A stretch of DNA of 64,000 nt from Raja brachyura (GCA_963514005.1 OY740791.1:45322001-45386000), one strand, 5' to 3'. Shown: positions 12,847 through 25,809, numbered from the stretch's first letter. Notes: generated by a model not told the origin, from the letters alone. Numbers and translations: made by a program.

Positions 12847-15246
12847 ATGGCGAACGTGCACAGCACTGTACTGTATGTTGTATTGCTACTTCGTCTCGCC
12901 GATTTGGTTTGCGGACAAATAAAATACTCTATTCCCGAAGAACTGGAGATCGGTGCCTTTGTCGGAAACATTGCTGAGGATTTGGGGCTAAATGTTCGTG
13001 AATTATTTTTCCGAAGACTGCAACTGCTTCCTCGTGACATGAGCCATTATTTCGCTGTAAATACACAGACCGGAATTTTATCTGTCAGCGAGAGAATCGA
13101 CAGAGAACAGTTTTGCATGGAAGCCTCTACATGTTCCATTTCGTTGGATCTCGCGGTGGAAAAACCTGATGTCATATTTCCATTTGAGGTGGAGATATTA
13201 GATATAAACGACAATTCGCCGATGTTCCCAACCGACGTCATTTCTTTGCAATTGTCTGAATTACTTGTACCAGGAGCGCGCTTCCCTCTCGAGAGCGCGC
13301 ACGACCCAGACGTTGGTTTAAACTCTGTCGCTAAATACCACCTGAGCCTCAATGATTTTTTCAGCCTTAAAGTTCATACAAGAAAAGATGGAAGTAAAAT
13401 TGTGGATCTATTTTTAGAGAAATCCTTAGACCGCGAAAAACATCCGTCTTTTAAATTAGTATTGACGGCTGAAGATGGTGGGATCCCGCACAAGTCCGGT
13501 ACTACACAGATATTTATTATTGTTACAGACATAAATGACAATGCACCTGCATTCGATCAAGGCATATATAAGATTACCGTCTTAGAAAATGTACCCGTAG
13601 GTACACTGCTGATAAAAGTACACGCAGTTGATTTAGACGAAGGTTCAAACGCAGAGTTCAAATATTCTTTTGGTAATTACGCCTCACAAAAGGTACGGGA
13701 ATTGTTCAATTTGGATGCTGAAGCGGGAAAGATCAAAGTTGCAGGTTTATTGGATTTTGAAACGGCATATGAATACGAACTGGATGTACAAGCTGTGGAC
13801 AACCTGCCAAATGTGGGACATGCTAAAGTTCTGGTTAGTATCGTTGATGTGAATGATAATGCTCCCGACATTAAGCTGACTTCAGCAAGGCAAGTGGTAC
13901 CAGAGGATGCAGTAACAGACACTGTAATTGCTGTTTTTGAAGTAACGGATAGGGATTCTGGAGAAAACGGGCTCGTTCAGTGCCAAATTCCAGTCCATAT
14001 CCCATTTAAGATGGTAGCGACTTTGCCTAATCACTACAAAATCATGACCAGCAAGAAACTTGACCGTGAAACAATCTCAGAGTATAACATATCCATTTCA
14101 GCACGCGATGCTGGGTCGCCTTCACTTACTACAATTGAAACCATCACAGTTTCAGTATCTGATATAAATGATAACGTCCCACGTTTCTCTAAATCTTCAT
14201 ATGACATATATTTAATGGAGAACAATGTTCCGGGCGGTGATGTTTCTTCGGTTACCGCTGTGGATCCTGATCTGGGCGACAATGGAAACGTGGCATATTC
14301 TATTCTGGATGACAAGCTCGAATACGTACGCGATGTTTCCAACTTTGCAATAAATTCGAAACGCGGGAGTATATTTGCTCTGCGTTCTTTTGACTATGAA
14401 CAAATGAAGAATTTCCAAATTACAATCTTAGCTCGTGATGCTGGATCACCGTCACTAAGCAGCACTGCTATTGTGAGAGTTACTATCTTGGATCAAAACG
14501 ACAATATTCCGTTTATAATTTCACCAGCTACGTGGAACGGTTCCGTGGCTTTCGCCGTTGTACCGCGTTCTATATATCCCAACTACTTAGTCACCAAAGT
14601 AATCGCAAACGACGAAGATTCAGGGCAGAACGCGCGGCTTTCCTATGAGATTACAGAGGCCACTGATCTAAATCTTTTCACCATGGGTCTTCACAATGGA
14701 GAAATCAGAACTACCCGAACTTTCACAGAAGGCGATGGCCACACACAGAATATTGTGGTCTTAGTGAAGGACAATGGCCAACCAAGTCTTTCAAACACAG
14801 TTACAATCAGTTTATCAATCACCGCGAACAGTACTGAAAGCCCTTCGGAGCGTACAATTCAACAGAAAAATGTGGAACATTTTCCAGATCTCAATACATA
14901 TTTAATATTAATTCTAGGATCAACCAGCCTCTTGTTTCTGCTAATAATCATCTTATTGGTGGTCTTCAAATGCAAACAAGATCGGAGTAATGCTATTTAC
15001 CAGAGCTCTGCAACGTATTGTTGCTGTATGCGGAGAAATTCCGATGTCGCATTTCAGGGAAGACCTGTGCCAAATGAATCCCTAAATTATTATAGAGCTG
15101 GGCAGGTCCATGCTAATTTAGATCCTTATCAATATATGGTTCGATTATCGCCGGAATTGTCCAAGAGCGATTTCCTGTTTCTATCGACTTGCCATCCGAC
15201 ATTGCCACTAAATGACATCGGCACTGATGATTTAGCAGTTAAGTAG
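12847..15246 (+). CDS. Clustered protocadherin variable exon, 799 aa (signal peptide, 6 cadherin repeats, TM, variable cytoplasmic domain)
   Basis: GQIKYSIPEE start of the mature protein, IDREQFC, repeated DxNDNxP, LDRE and AxDxG motifs, TM YLILILGSTSLLFLLIIILLVVF, tail YMVRLSPELSKSDFLFL. No consensus donor at the 3' end. Confidence 0.96.
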   Translation: MANVHSTVLYVVLLLRLADLVCGQIKYSIPEELEIGAFVGNIAEDLGLNVRELFFRRLQLLPRDMSHYFAVNTQTGILSVSERIDREQFCMEASTCSISLDLAVEKPDVIFPFEVEILDINDNSPMFPTDVISLQLSELLVPGARFPLESAHDPDVGLNSVAKYHLSLNDFFSLKVHTRKDGSKIVDLFLEKSLDREKHPSFKLVLTAEDGGIPHKSGTTQIFIIVTDINDNAPAFDQGIYKITVLENVPVGTLLIKVHAVDLDEGSNAEFKYSFGNYASQKVRELFNLDAEAGKIKVAGLLDFETAYEYELDVQAVDNLPNVGHAKVLVSIVDVNDNAPDIKLTSARQVVPEDAVTDTVIAVFEVTDRDSGENGLVQCQIPVHIPFKMVATLPNHYKIMTSKKLDRETISEYNISISARDAGSPSLTTIETITVSVSDINDNVPRFSKSSYDIYLMENNVPGGDVSSVTAVDPDLGDNGNVAYSILDDKLEYVRDVSNFAINSKRGSIFALRSFDYEQMKNFQITILARDAGSPSLSSTAIVRVTILDQNDNIPFIISPATWNGSVAFAVVPRSIYPNYLVTKVIANDEDSGQNARLSYEITEATDLNLFTMGLHNGEIRTTRTFTEGDGHTQNIVVLVKDNGQPSLSNTVTISLSITANSTESPSERTIQQKNVEHFPDLNTYLILILGSTSLLFLLIIILLVVFKCKQDRSNAIYQSSATYCCCMRRNSDVAFQGRPVPNESLNYYRAGQVHANLDPYQYMVRLSPELSKSDFLFLSTCHPTLPLNDIGTDDLAVK

Positions 15247-15278
15247 ACTGTTGGGGTGCATTTTCACTTTGTGACTGA

Positions 15279-15372
15279 GTCTGAATAAGGGTTTCGGGAC
15301 GAAACGTTGCCTATCTCATTCGCTCCATAGATGCTGCTGCACGCGCTGAGTTTCTCCAGCATTTTGCGTACC
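15279..15372 (+). mobile_element. Short Penelope-derived element with a 16-bp TSD
   Basis: gtctgaataagggtttcgggacgaaacgttgcc...ctccagcattttgcgta flanked by ttcactttgtgactga (15263-15278, 15373-15388). Confidence 0.8.
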
Positions 15373-17135
15373 TTCACTTTGTGACTGATCGGTTAAATAC
15401 AGAGAAATGCTTAATATAATTCAAAATATAATTTGGTGTGTTGTAATAATCTTTCTTCGTTGCGCTCCATTGCACTTAGCAATAGCCATTGAATATCTCG
15501 GAATAATGTTATATCTCGTTGGCTTCTCAATTTAATCTGTTGTACGTCGGAGTAACTGTTCGCTTTATAATGTTAAACGTTTGGCCTCAGTTTGTGCAGA
15601 CTGTATTGGAATAAATATTGTTCTTCATGCATGAGCACAAAATAATATCCTGGTTAACATGACAGGACGGTTACCATTCCGCCATAATGATTCAGAGATG
15701 ATTTGGGGTGGGGCGGGGATTTTCTTAGGGTGCAGAATTTTACTTCTGTGGAAATACAGAAAATTTGAGAAAGATGGGCCATTTGACATTTCCAGCCAGC
15801 TCAATAATATCACAGATGGCCATCAATATTTTATTTCCTCCCGACCCTCATACATCTTATTGCATTTCCTGTTAAGATATCTGCCTTTTTCTGAAGCAGA
15901 TTCAACGCTTTGGCATCGTCAACTACGTGTGATAGAGAACACCACAACATCCTTATGTAGTGAGCGAAACATTTCCCTCGTGGCTATCTTATATGTGCTA
16001 CTCCGTCTCTTACGTGATGGCTGGGCTTGTGTTTTCTGAAGAAAGCATATCCAAGGAGATTTACATATGTACACGTTGACACTACTCTTGGGTGGGTTGA
16101 ACCGAAATAATCTATCGCCGAAGCATAGAGGCAGTAAATGGACAAAGTTGAATTAAGATACTCAATGAAAAGATCAGATGAATTTATAAGTACAAAATTC
16201 AATGAGTGGCGAGGCTGGTAATTAGGGACTAGACCGTAGATGGAAAAATAAAACGACATACCATTTAACAAGAAAATTATTAAATCAGGAGACAAGTTGG
16301 GAAGTGATATTAACCCGTGCCCACTTTTGGTCAGCATGCAACTTCGCTTTGTGACTGATGGGTTAAATGAAGAAAGTGGGAAAATATTTATTATAATCCA
16401 ATAGAGAATTGGATGAGTCCTAATTGTTCTTCCTATTGTTCCTATTAATAATCATTTCATCTCCCCGAGTAATTTGGTATCTCGCTGGCTTCTGGACCAC
16501 ACCCGCTGTACCTAGGAATAAGTATTTGTCACGTAATGATGCCATTTTTCTATTAGGGGATAAATATGTTCCTTCCTTCGTGAGCCCTAGAAAGTCTCGT
16601 TAGCATATTGCTGAAAGACTGTCGACCCTGGAGCCAGCTTAATATTATCATGGAAGAACATCCTCCTCGTAGATGTTATGACGTTTGTCCGGAAATCTGA
16701 CTGTTTCCTTCTCAAGTAGATTCGACGGCTTGACTAGACAGTTATCTCGATAGAGAACGCCACAGGATCCTTGTGTTATGATCCTCACTATTGTCGTAAA
16801 TTTACAATTTAGTCTCTTAAGTCACTTGGCTTGTGCTTTCCGAATAAAACACATCGAAGTAGATTTAAAGATATGTGCATTGATGCTGTCACTGGTTGTC
16901 TTGAAGTGGAATAATCTGTGGATACTCAGTATTTAGTGAACGTTGAATTGCAATAATTAATGAGAGGATAAATTGACAAGAATATTAAATACAATAAGTG
17001 GTGGAGTTCTGGGAATTAGTGACTCGGGGGATGGTGGAAAGGTAAGCCTTCCATCATTTTAAAAAGTACCTGATTCGACCTGAAGAGTGGATCTGGGAAG
17101 TGGGATTAACCGGTGTTCAGTTTTTGGCCAGCATT
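15373..17135. repeat. Old, diverged tandem duplication: 15373-16340 versus 16343-17135
   Basis: Colinear shared anchors: tttgtgactgat-ggttaaat, tatctcg-tggcttct, agccagct-aata-tatca, gatagagaac-ccac, ggcttgtg-ttt, tgggaagtg--attaacc-gtg...ttttgg-cagcat. Confidence 0.75.
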
Positions 17136-17937
17136 TGCATGAAGGTTCAGTAAATTCCGATATTTCTATTGTGATCTTGTGAATTTCTTAATTTGAGGTA
17201 TAATCTCTTGTGAAGGGAGGGGTGGCATTCCATTCCCCCTTTTAATATAAAGATTCTTCGAAGAAGAAACATTTTGTGACGAAAGGCATGTTCATTAGAA
17301 TATGAATTGCAATCCAACAAACCTTTACGTTTCGGGTCGCGTTTATTGGCATATACATAAGCACGGTGAGGTACACGTGCTAATAAAAAGTTGCTTGCAG
17401 TAGCATCACAAGCACATCGACTTAGATAACACACAAACCAGAAATTAAACGTACTTAATCTATTTGGTATATAAAGGTCACATGTTCACTCGTATACAAA
17501 ATTAAAATCATTTCGCTGGGCTTTCGTGCAGCACCGGCATGTGAGACGACTGGACGTGATGTGGTTATATATTACCGCAGCTTGAGGCAATCTACAACGA
17601 ATAAGTGTACGAAATATTTTAGGGATAGCGAGAAGAAATATCTACTGGACACCTATCTGAACTTTTCTGGCGAAATAAATATAATAGAGACAAACGGAAT
17701 TTATAAGTAATATATATATATATATATATTTGATTCTGGGAAATGTAAACTGAAAATGTAATGAAGAATGATGAGTAATATATATCAGTAATATCTTTAA
17801 GAAATAATTTAACGTAAATGAAGATAAATTAGCTTACAATGGCGTGCGTAAAATACAGTTTCATACTCTATCGTAATAGCTAGCCGATGGAAACAGCACG
17901 TATACATTGAACTGAATATCTCAATAATAATTGAATT

Positions 17938-18198
17938 GGCGGTACAGCGGCAGGAGCAGACTTCCTGCCTTACCGCGCTAGATACCCGGATTCGGTCGGG
18001 ACGACGGGTGCTGTCTTTACGGAGTTTGTAAATTCTCCCTGTGACTGCTTGGCTTTTCTCCGGTTGCAGGTTTGTAGGTCAATTCGCTTCAGTAAAATGT
18101 CCTACTGTGTAGGATAGAACTGGTTGTGCCGATGGGCTCGTTGGGCCGTTGGGCCGATGGGCCTGTTTTCACGAAGTATCTCTAATCTTAAACTAAAC
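17938..18198 (+). mobile_element. tRNA-derived V-SINE (HE1-like)
   Basis: Degenerate tRNA-like head, V-domain gtgctgtctttacggagtttgtaaattctccctgtgactgc, and a LINE-derived tail gggccgatgggcctgttt...ctaaac. Confidence 0.75.
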
Positions 18199-18519
18199 CA
18201 ATCCCAATTCTTCTGAAACGGCCTACGGTGATGAAAACCACCACCTCTGGATGCTAATCTCAGGAAAAGTGGACCCCATCATAGGGAGGTCTTGCCCTAC
18301 TGGAACGACCGACTAGAGACGTTGGGACGCAGCTTACTGCTGCAGGATAAGCCAGGAACCGCACGCCGTTTCGAAGGCCTCTTCCGAACAAACACACATG
18401 TCACAAAAGGTTCTGACTGTCAACCGTGTTCAGGCAGATGATACATTACTCTTCCAGTCTCAGAGTTCTGGTAGTTCCACGTGAACTCAACAACCCTGGT
18501 AAATACAATTCAACTAACG

Positions 18520-18520
<1 letters not shown>

Positions 18521-18554
<34 letters not shown>

Positions 18555-18585
18555 CGCTCTCTCTCTCGCTCTCGCTCTCTGTCTG
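18521..18585. repeat. (CT)n / (CTCG)n microsatellite
   Basis: Directly visible. Confidence 0.9.
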
Positions 18586-18949
18586 TCTCCTCTTTCTTTC
18601 TGTCTTTCTACCCCAAACCCCACCCCTCTCTCACGCACACAAACATGCGCACGAGCGACGTGGACGACGACGACGGCTTTGGGTCCGGGCCTTAGTAGAG
18701 AGTGAGTCTGCCTGTTCACGCATGGGTTATGGCAAAGATATCCCTAAATTGTCCTTGACTGAATATATACATTATAACTGGATGAAGTAGCCATGAGCAT
18801 GTTCCGGTCCACTGACTAGAGGTAGTCCTGAAGTTGATCAACCGCCCTCTACTGACAACATGTGCTTTACACCTTTCTTTGATGCTTTGCGTTTCAGCCT
18901 TTATTATTTATCGTTTCGACCGCAGAAGCAACTTCAACGGATAACTAAA

Positions 18950-19320
18950 ATAATCCCAGCACTAATCCTCGTGAAACACCCATAGTAACAGACAACCTGT
19001 CAGATAAACACACTTCCACCAGTACCGTCTGTCTTCTCTGGCCAAGCCAATTTGGAATCTAATGGATTCACCATGCTCCTGACACTTCGGGATTGGCCTA
19101 CCACGAGGGACCAATCGTATGTCTTAAGGAAATCCATGTCAGCAACATTCATTCCCGTTCCCTCAACAATCAAATTCGTCATCTCCTCCAAGATACTCAA
19201 TCAGGCATGTGAGACAGAACCCGCTACGAACAACGCCATGCTGACCCTTCATAATATGTCCGTGATTATCCAAATGTAAGTAATCCGACTCTTAAAAATC
19301 CTCCCCAATAACTGTCCTGC
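18950..19320 (-). mobile_element. Old CR1 RT fragment
   Basis: Minus-strand translation ILEEMTNLIVEGTGMNVADMDFLKTYD resembles the CR1 motif FFEEVTxxVDEGxAVDVVYMDFxKAFD. Confidence 0.7.
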
Positions 19321-19489
19321 CTACTGATGTAAGTAACGCCATCCTATAATTTGTTGAATTAAACCCGATGTCCTTCTCAAAGGAACTTTAGGATTAGGTT
19401 TATTATTGTCACGTGCACCGAGATACAATGAAAAGCTCTGTTTTGCAAACTATCCAATCAAATTCCCTCCCTCCAAACAGAGCAGAGAT

Positions 19490-19830
19490 AAAGCTCTCTA
19501 ATCCACATCCTACATCCAACCAGCCATCACATTCAGGATATGATCTTCCTCATTTCAAACAGCGACAACATGACCCCACCACATGTTCCTCCCAATACTT
19601 ACACGTTTTCTGCGGGACCCACGTTCTCCGGGATAGCCTGGTTCCCTCATCCCTCCCCATATATCTCTCCATAATCCCTAGCCGTTTCCTCATAAACCTG
19701 TTGGTTGCACAGCACTTGGTCCCATAACTTATCTCACCACCATACGGAGACGTAAATAGCCCTTCCAATTGAGGCAAAGTTTCGTGCGCACTTCCTCCAA
19801 CATAGTCGATGCTCAAATATGACCTCGACT
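19490..19830 (+). mobile_element. Penelope-like element ORF remnant (linker leading into the GIY-YIG endonuclease)
   Basis: Fragments HPTSHHIQDMI, PHFKQRQHDPTT, LRDSLVPSSLP and FQLRQSFVRTSSNIV resemble vertebrate Penelope/Poseidon ORFs. Recognised from memory, not searched. Confidence 0.6.
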
Positions 19831-20504
19831 ACATCATCGAATACACACCCGCAATGGGGTACGTACAGTGCTGAGCCAAAGTAAACAAACATCATAAACA
19901 TTGTATTTGAAAAGAGTAGCTCTTAATCTACGAAAAATAGGAATCTCCAGGGATAAGGACAATGTGAAACAGATGTAGAGAGTAAACCGCATTAAGTATT
20001 GGTTGCAGCTAATTAGTATACATATTTCTCCAGTGAAAGAAAAGTTAATTTGTTGTATCCTCAACTCGGCTTCGGTCAGTGTAAGGTGCCATTGCAATAT
20101 TATTAAGTTAGACAGCTTACATTCCATACAAACCTGACCACTTTTGATATTGGGCGAATCTGCTGTTAGAGAGAATACAATTAGATGCGCATGAATGTGA
20201 GGGACGATTCACATTTTACGCCTGTTAATTACAGGGATAAAATCTGACAGGTGAGAATGTCAGTTTTACTTGCCTATCCTTTTTATGGAATTAATGGTGC
20301 AAAATGGAAATTTTATTGTACCAAGTACCATTGAACTATTGAACAGGGTCATCGATGCACCATCCTCTTGGAATTATGTACTCCATACATAATTCCTGTT
20401 TTGCATTGTGTAAGGGTAATATTTCATACCAAGGCTGATGGGTATATGAAACAAGCTGCCAGCGGAGGTAGGTGAGACAGGTACTATAACAACTTTTAAA
20501 AGAC

Positions 20505-20597
20505 AGACAAAAAGTGCTGGAGTAAATCAGCGGGTCAGGCAGCATCCGTGCAGAGCATAGATGGGTAATCTTTTAGGTCAGCACCCTTCTTCAGACT
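20505..20597 (-). mobile_element. Short Penelope-derived element
   Basis: gctggagtaaatcagcgggtcaggcagcatc...cccttcttcagact, the reverse complement of the family consensus. Confidence 0.75.
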
Positions 20598-20817
20598 GCT
20601 AAAATACGTTTGGACAGGTACATGGATAGGAAAGGCTTAGATGATTATGGTCCAACCGCCGGAAAGTGGGACTCGCATTTATGGGACACATTTTTTGGCA
20701 TTACCAGGTTGTCCGAAGAGCCTGCTTCCGTGCTGTCCGACTCGATGGTTCTCTGACTGCCTGTTAGATATTCCAATCAATAATGTCACAGTGATGTAAC
20801 CACATTTGATTACAAAC

Positions 20818-23031
20818 AGTGACAATAGGGAGCAAATGTGTCCGGAAAGCCTGCACTACATCCTGCCTTTAGAAGCTCTGATTGAAAGTCCAGTGGAACA
20901 ATATCGCGCTGAAATCGAGATATTGGATATTAATGACAATTCTCCCAGATTCCCGGTTCGTGAAATACGTTTGGAAATCGCTGAATTCGCGACACCCGGA
21001 GCGCGTTTTCCGTTACCAGATGCGCACGATCCTGACGTCGGGGTAAATTCCATTAGCACGTACCAGCTGTCGACGAGTGACCATTTTGTATTAGATGTTC
21101 AGATCCGCGGGGAAGCAAAAATCCCGGAATTGATATTGGCGAACGCGATCGACCGAAAGAGACAATCGCTACATCGGTTATTGCTTACAGCTTTAGATGG
21201 TGGATCTCCGCAAAGGACGGGCACGACCAATGTAATTATTATTGTGTTGGATGCTAATGATAATGCGCCGGTTTTCCAACAATCCTTATATATTGTCGGC
21301 CTAATGGAAAATGTGCCATCCGGCACTCTGGTGATCAAACTTAATGCAAGCGATTTAGATGCGGGATCCAATAACGACATTGCTTATTCTTTCAGCGGAT
21401 ATAATAAAGCGCGGGTGAGCGAATTGTTTGCCATAAATCCGATATCGGGGGAGATCACAGTTAAGGGAATTTTGGATTTCGAGGAAACAAGTAATTATGA
21501 ACTTGACGTGGAAGCGAAGGACATGGGTTTGCACCCTTTATCCACACACTGCACGATCCAAGTGAATCTCAACGATGTGAACGATAACGCTCCTGATTTT
21601 GTTCCAAGTACTATCCTTAACACAGTACGGGAAGATGCGCCGACTGGAACATTGCTAGCTTTAATCAATGTGAGAGACAGGGACTCTCATGCAAACGGAC
21701 ACGTTGATTGCAACACCTCGCCGAATCACCCGTTTGCTCTCAAATCATCCTTTAAAAATTCATATAGGTTGGTGACAGATGATATTTTGGATCGAGAGCT
21801 AGCTTCTGAGCATAAAATCTCAATTAATTGCAAGGACCGGGGATCTCCTCCGCTATCCACCACCAAAACGTTTATCATACACATTTCAGATATTAACGAT
21901 AACGCACCGATGTTTCAGCTGGCTTCTTACATAGTTCACGTTATGGAAAACCATCCACCCGGAAGTTCCATCGGAAAGGTGTCTGCTACGGACGGTGACA
22001 TAAACTTGAACTCCTACCTTTCTTATACTATCCTGGAGAGCGAGGTGCAGAATACGCCTTTATCTTCCTATGTCTCGATCAACCCTGAAACAGGCGTTAT
22101 CTATTCGCAGCGGGCATTTGATTACGAGCACCTTAAAAACTTCCAGTTCAGAATTCAAGCGAAAGACAGTTGAGTCCCACCACTTTCCAACAATGTTACT
22201 GTGAACGTGGTTATCCTTGATCAGAATGACAATCCACCTATGATAAAAATTCCAGAGTCATCAAACTATAGCATGACTGCTATACCACGATCGGCAATCC
22301 CAGGATACCTAGCAATCAAGATTATTGATTCCGATGCCGATTCTGGTCAGAATGCACGCCTATTCTATCAAATTCTAAGTGCTACTGAGCCTGGACTGTT
22401 TACAATTTCGCGTAATTCAGGAGAAGTTCGAACAGCTCGCTATTTCAAGGACACTGATGCCATCATACAAAAAATCATTATACATGTGAGAGACAATGGC
22501 CATCCTACGCTGTCCGCCACGACTACTGTTATTCTCTCAGTTGGTGAACAGATCGCAGAAATACGTTCAGACTTTGGAGAGACAAGCAGGCATTTACAGA
22601 ATTCATATGATTTACCTTTTATTATCGTAATTTCTTTGGGGCTATTATCATTCATACTTCTGGTCGTTATAATTGCGCTATCTGTCGTAATTTGGCCGAT
22701 TAACAGAAGACCAACCTATGCCAGAAGAAGATCTTGTGCGGCACTTGGTGACTTGGAATCCGAGCGCCAAATACGGAACGCTCACCTTAAGGTGCAGTTT
22801 GCATCTGATCCAAAAATGATTACAAATGTCCTGGAGGTACGAAGGGGCGGTTCGCTAGATACATACCACTGCAGAGGTCGCTCGACAGTTCAAGGAAATG
22901 TAACTGCGTTTACGACACCGTTCTGTCCAACAAGAGCAGAATCTAATGAGTGGAATCCCGGAATATCTGCGGATCAGCTTTACGCAAAAGATACCAGTGA
23001 TCAAACTGATAAACGTAAAAAAAGTAAGTAG
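20818..23031 (+). pseudogene. Protocadherin variable exon lacking promoter, signal peptide and the first half of EC1, with one nonsense codon
   Basis: ORFs 20806-22173 and 22201-23031 share a frame and are separated only by TGA at 22171 (AKDS*VPPLS, where Gly is expected). Homology begins at NREQMC. TM present; gtaagt at 23024. Confidence 0.88.
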
Positions 23032-24272
23032 CATCCTCAAGTAATAACAACCTACATGCAAATATCGATTCCATAAATACACCACTACTAATCCAGCAGA
23101 GGCCAACGTCTTTGTGCTTGTCTGTCGCAATATCTTAACGATTTTTAACCAATGTATCGATTATCCTTTGCGGCTATTTCAATAAACTTTTTGAATAATA
23201 TTCCATGAGTTTACATCAAGATACCCTATGATAAATCACTCGAGATCGGAATCATCTTGTAATTAAGTGTAGCGATAAATTATTATCGTTCGCGTACAGT
23301 TAAAAAAAAAGATGAGGCTATGAGAAACAAGAGAAAAAGTGAACTATTTTGCAATACTTGGCCTATCTTTATTGTAATTCAAAGTCTCTTCGATTATATA
23401 GCATGATATTGTCACATTTTAGTAGTCCTACAAATACAACGAATGTTAAAATAAAAAAAATCTGCGCTCTGACGTATTGTTAGATTTCTTCATTCAATAC
23501 CTGCTTAATTCTACTGACAAGACACAAAAGTCCTTTCTTTTTTAAAATTCCTTTTGCATTTATCTATGCAACGTGGGCAATAATACTGAACACAATACTT
23601 ATTGTCCATTGCCAATAGTCCTTGAATGTTGGTATGAAATATATTCTAAAATTGCTATAATTTATAGTGAAGTGTTGCATAATTTTGACACAGCAACAAC
23701 AAATAAATGGTGAGATGGTTGCGTCACATTGCTCGTGCTCATTATAATCCTATACCAATAACAATTTTAATCATATTTCACATTCTCTGCACGACTTTAT
23801 TCCTCACCAGATCACCTTCAGTCAACGCAAATTATTTCCACAATCTGCACCACGAGTCAAAAGTGTGATGGGATATTTTGTTCTTGTCGGACATCATTCA
23901 TGAACTTCGACAAGGTCCATTACAAAGGCTCCGGCTTGACTGGTTTGTTGACCCATCCCTCACCCCCGCTCCAGAATCCTATACATTCATCCCATAAATC
24001 ACCAATGCACAGTTCCTATGTTTATAGAATATTTCTGACATTCTTTCACGTAGTTCCAGAAAACAGGTGCTCTCTGCATAAAAAGTACATTTTACTACAT
24101 ATCTGAATTCACGCCTGAAAACATGAATACGGCACACCGAAAAGTATGATTTATATCATTTCCAAGCGCAATTGATTATGAGTAATGGGTAGAAATTCTA
24201 TTGTGCTTCACTGTTTACAGTTGCGTGTCAAATACCTGCAAACTGAAAAGCGGTAAGGAGACACAATACATC

Positions 24273-24476
24273 GCAGATGCTGGGATCCTGCATATTCCAG
24301 GACTTGCTGGTGTAACTCAGCTGGTCAGGCAGCATCCACGGGGGATATGGATAAACATCGTTTCGGGAGGGACCCTTCTTTAGACGTTCAGAGTCCGCAG
24401 AAGGGTCTCGATCTTAAAATACGCCTGTCCATGTCCTCTGGAGAAGCTGTGCCTGCCCTCTGAGTAACTCCAGCAT
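24273..24476. mobile_element. Degenerate inverted pair of the short Penelope-derived element
   Basis: gctggtgtaactcagctggtcaggcagcatcc...cccttctttagac followed by gtccgcagaagggtctcga...ctgagtaactccagca. Confidence 0.7.
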
Positions 24477-25112
24477 TGCATTCTGAGCCGTAAATGATCA
24501 TAGCTCTCAGAGCGGGTGCAGCAGTGTAGTTACAAATGCACAATGACAAAATATATTTGTTCAATAGTTTGATCCGTTCGTGCATTTTGACGTTTCACTG
24601 TGTTGTAATTATGTGCCACCCTGCGTAACCACATGCGTATAAATGGTAAATTCCAGACAATATGCAGGCATCGATTGATGGGCAGCAGTAATCACTCCAC
24701 GGAGGTTTCGGGCAACGGCCATGTCGAAGCAAATATAACCATATATCCTTGATGTTCAATCGCATTACCATAGTTTATTTCCTAACCATGAACATTTCAA
24801 GAGGTTAATATTAATTACAAACGCCACTGGAGCAGTCAAATAACTACCGTGGCTCGAAGAACACGTGAGAGGCTTGCAGAGGTCTGATATGTACCAAACT
24901 CGCATTTTGCAAAGCGCGATTCAGGACTATGTTAAAATAATTAATTTTCACCTGATAGATTGCATCTGCAACATCGCTCCACAGAAAGTCACCTGCATCA
25001 CGGATAACTCTTTTATTTTCCAAAGTATTTTTTTCACTGTCCGTCGGTGCAAAATGTTTGAAATGGGCACAATACAAAAAGTAGTGAAATTGCCCGCATA
25101 GGATATATGGAC

Positions 25113-25382
25113 CTTAGACTTTAGAGATGCAGCACAGAAACAGACCCTTCGGCACATCGCGCCCACGCAGACTAGCGATCACCCTGTAAACGCAGGACAA
25201 TTTAGAATTTACAGAAGCCAATTAACCTGCAACCAGGTACGTCTTTGAAGTGAGGGAAGAAACCGAGTCAGCCGGAGAAAGCACATGGATAACGTACAAA
25301 CTCCATACAGATAACACCGTGGTCAGGATCGAACCCGAGTCTCTGACGCCGAAAGGCAGCAACTATACTGCTGCGCCACTGT
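25113..25382 (-). mobile_element. tRNA-derived V-SINE (HE1-like)
   Basis: The reverse strand has A/B-box-like sequence (gtggcgcagcagta..., gggttcgatcc), a V-domain and a (ctaaagt)-type tail. Confidence 0.8.
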
Positions 25383-25809
25383 GACAATATCTCCAAAAGG
25401 CAGTCCATAACATGCATTTGATCTCGTCTATCGTATATCCGATCGGAAAACTATACTGTACTTTCCTATGCTTGCTTCAATAACAAATTAGAACAGTTCC
25501 GTCAAATTCTGATCAAGTAAATCGACATGGAAAATTATGTTTTTTTTCCCCTCCCGACAGCTTTTCCTGTTGAGATTTTAAAGAATCAATAGATGAATTG
25601 AGATGGTAACGTCTGGTCTCTCAAGGTGGATATGAACTTCCACGTGCGAAAGTAATCAGCGCTGAAATACATGCAATTTCCACATTCTTGTACGTTACAA
25701 CATTAAAGAAAACGTTATCATTGTAAGAGTTGAATCATATGACTGTATCCGTTCGCATGGAAATGCAAAGCAGCAAATACTTCTGCGTAAAATTAACGTA
25801 CTTGAATAT

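Noticed and set aside
13047-14418. Antisense ORFs within Pcdh exons (also at 31065, 41550, 54777)
   Set aside because: Shadow frames of cadherin codons; their similarity simply follows the sense paralogy.
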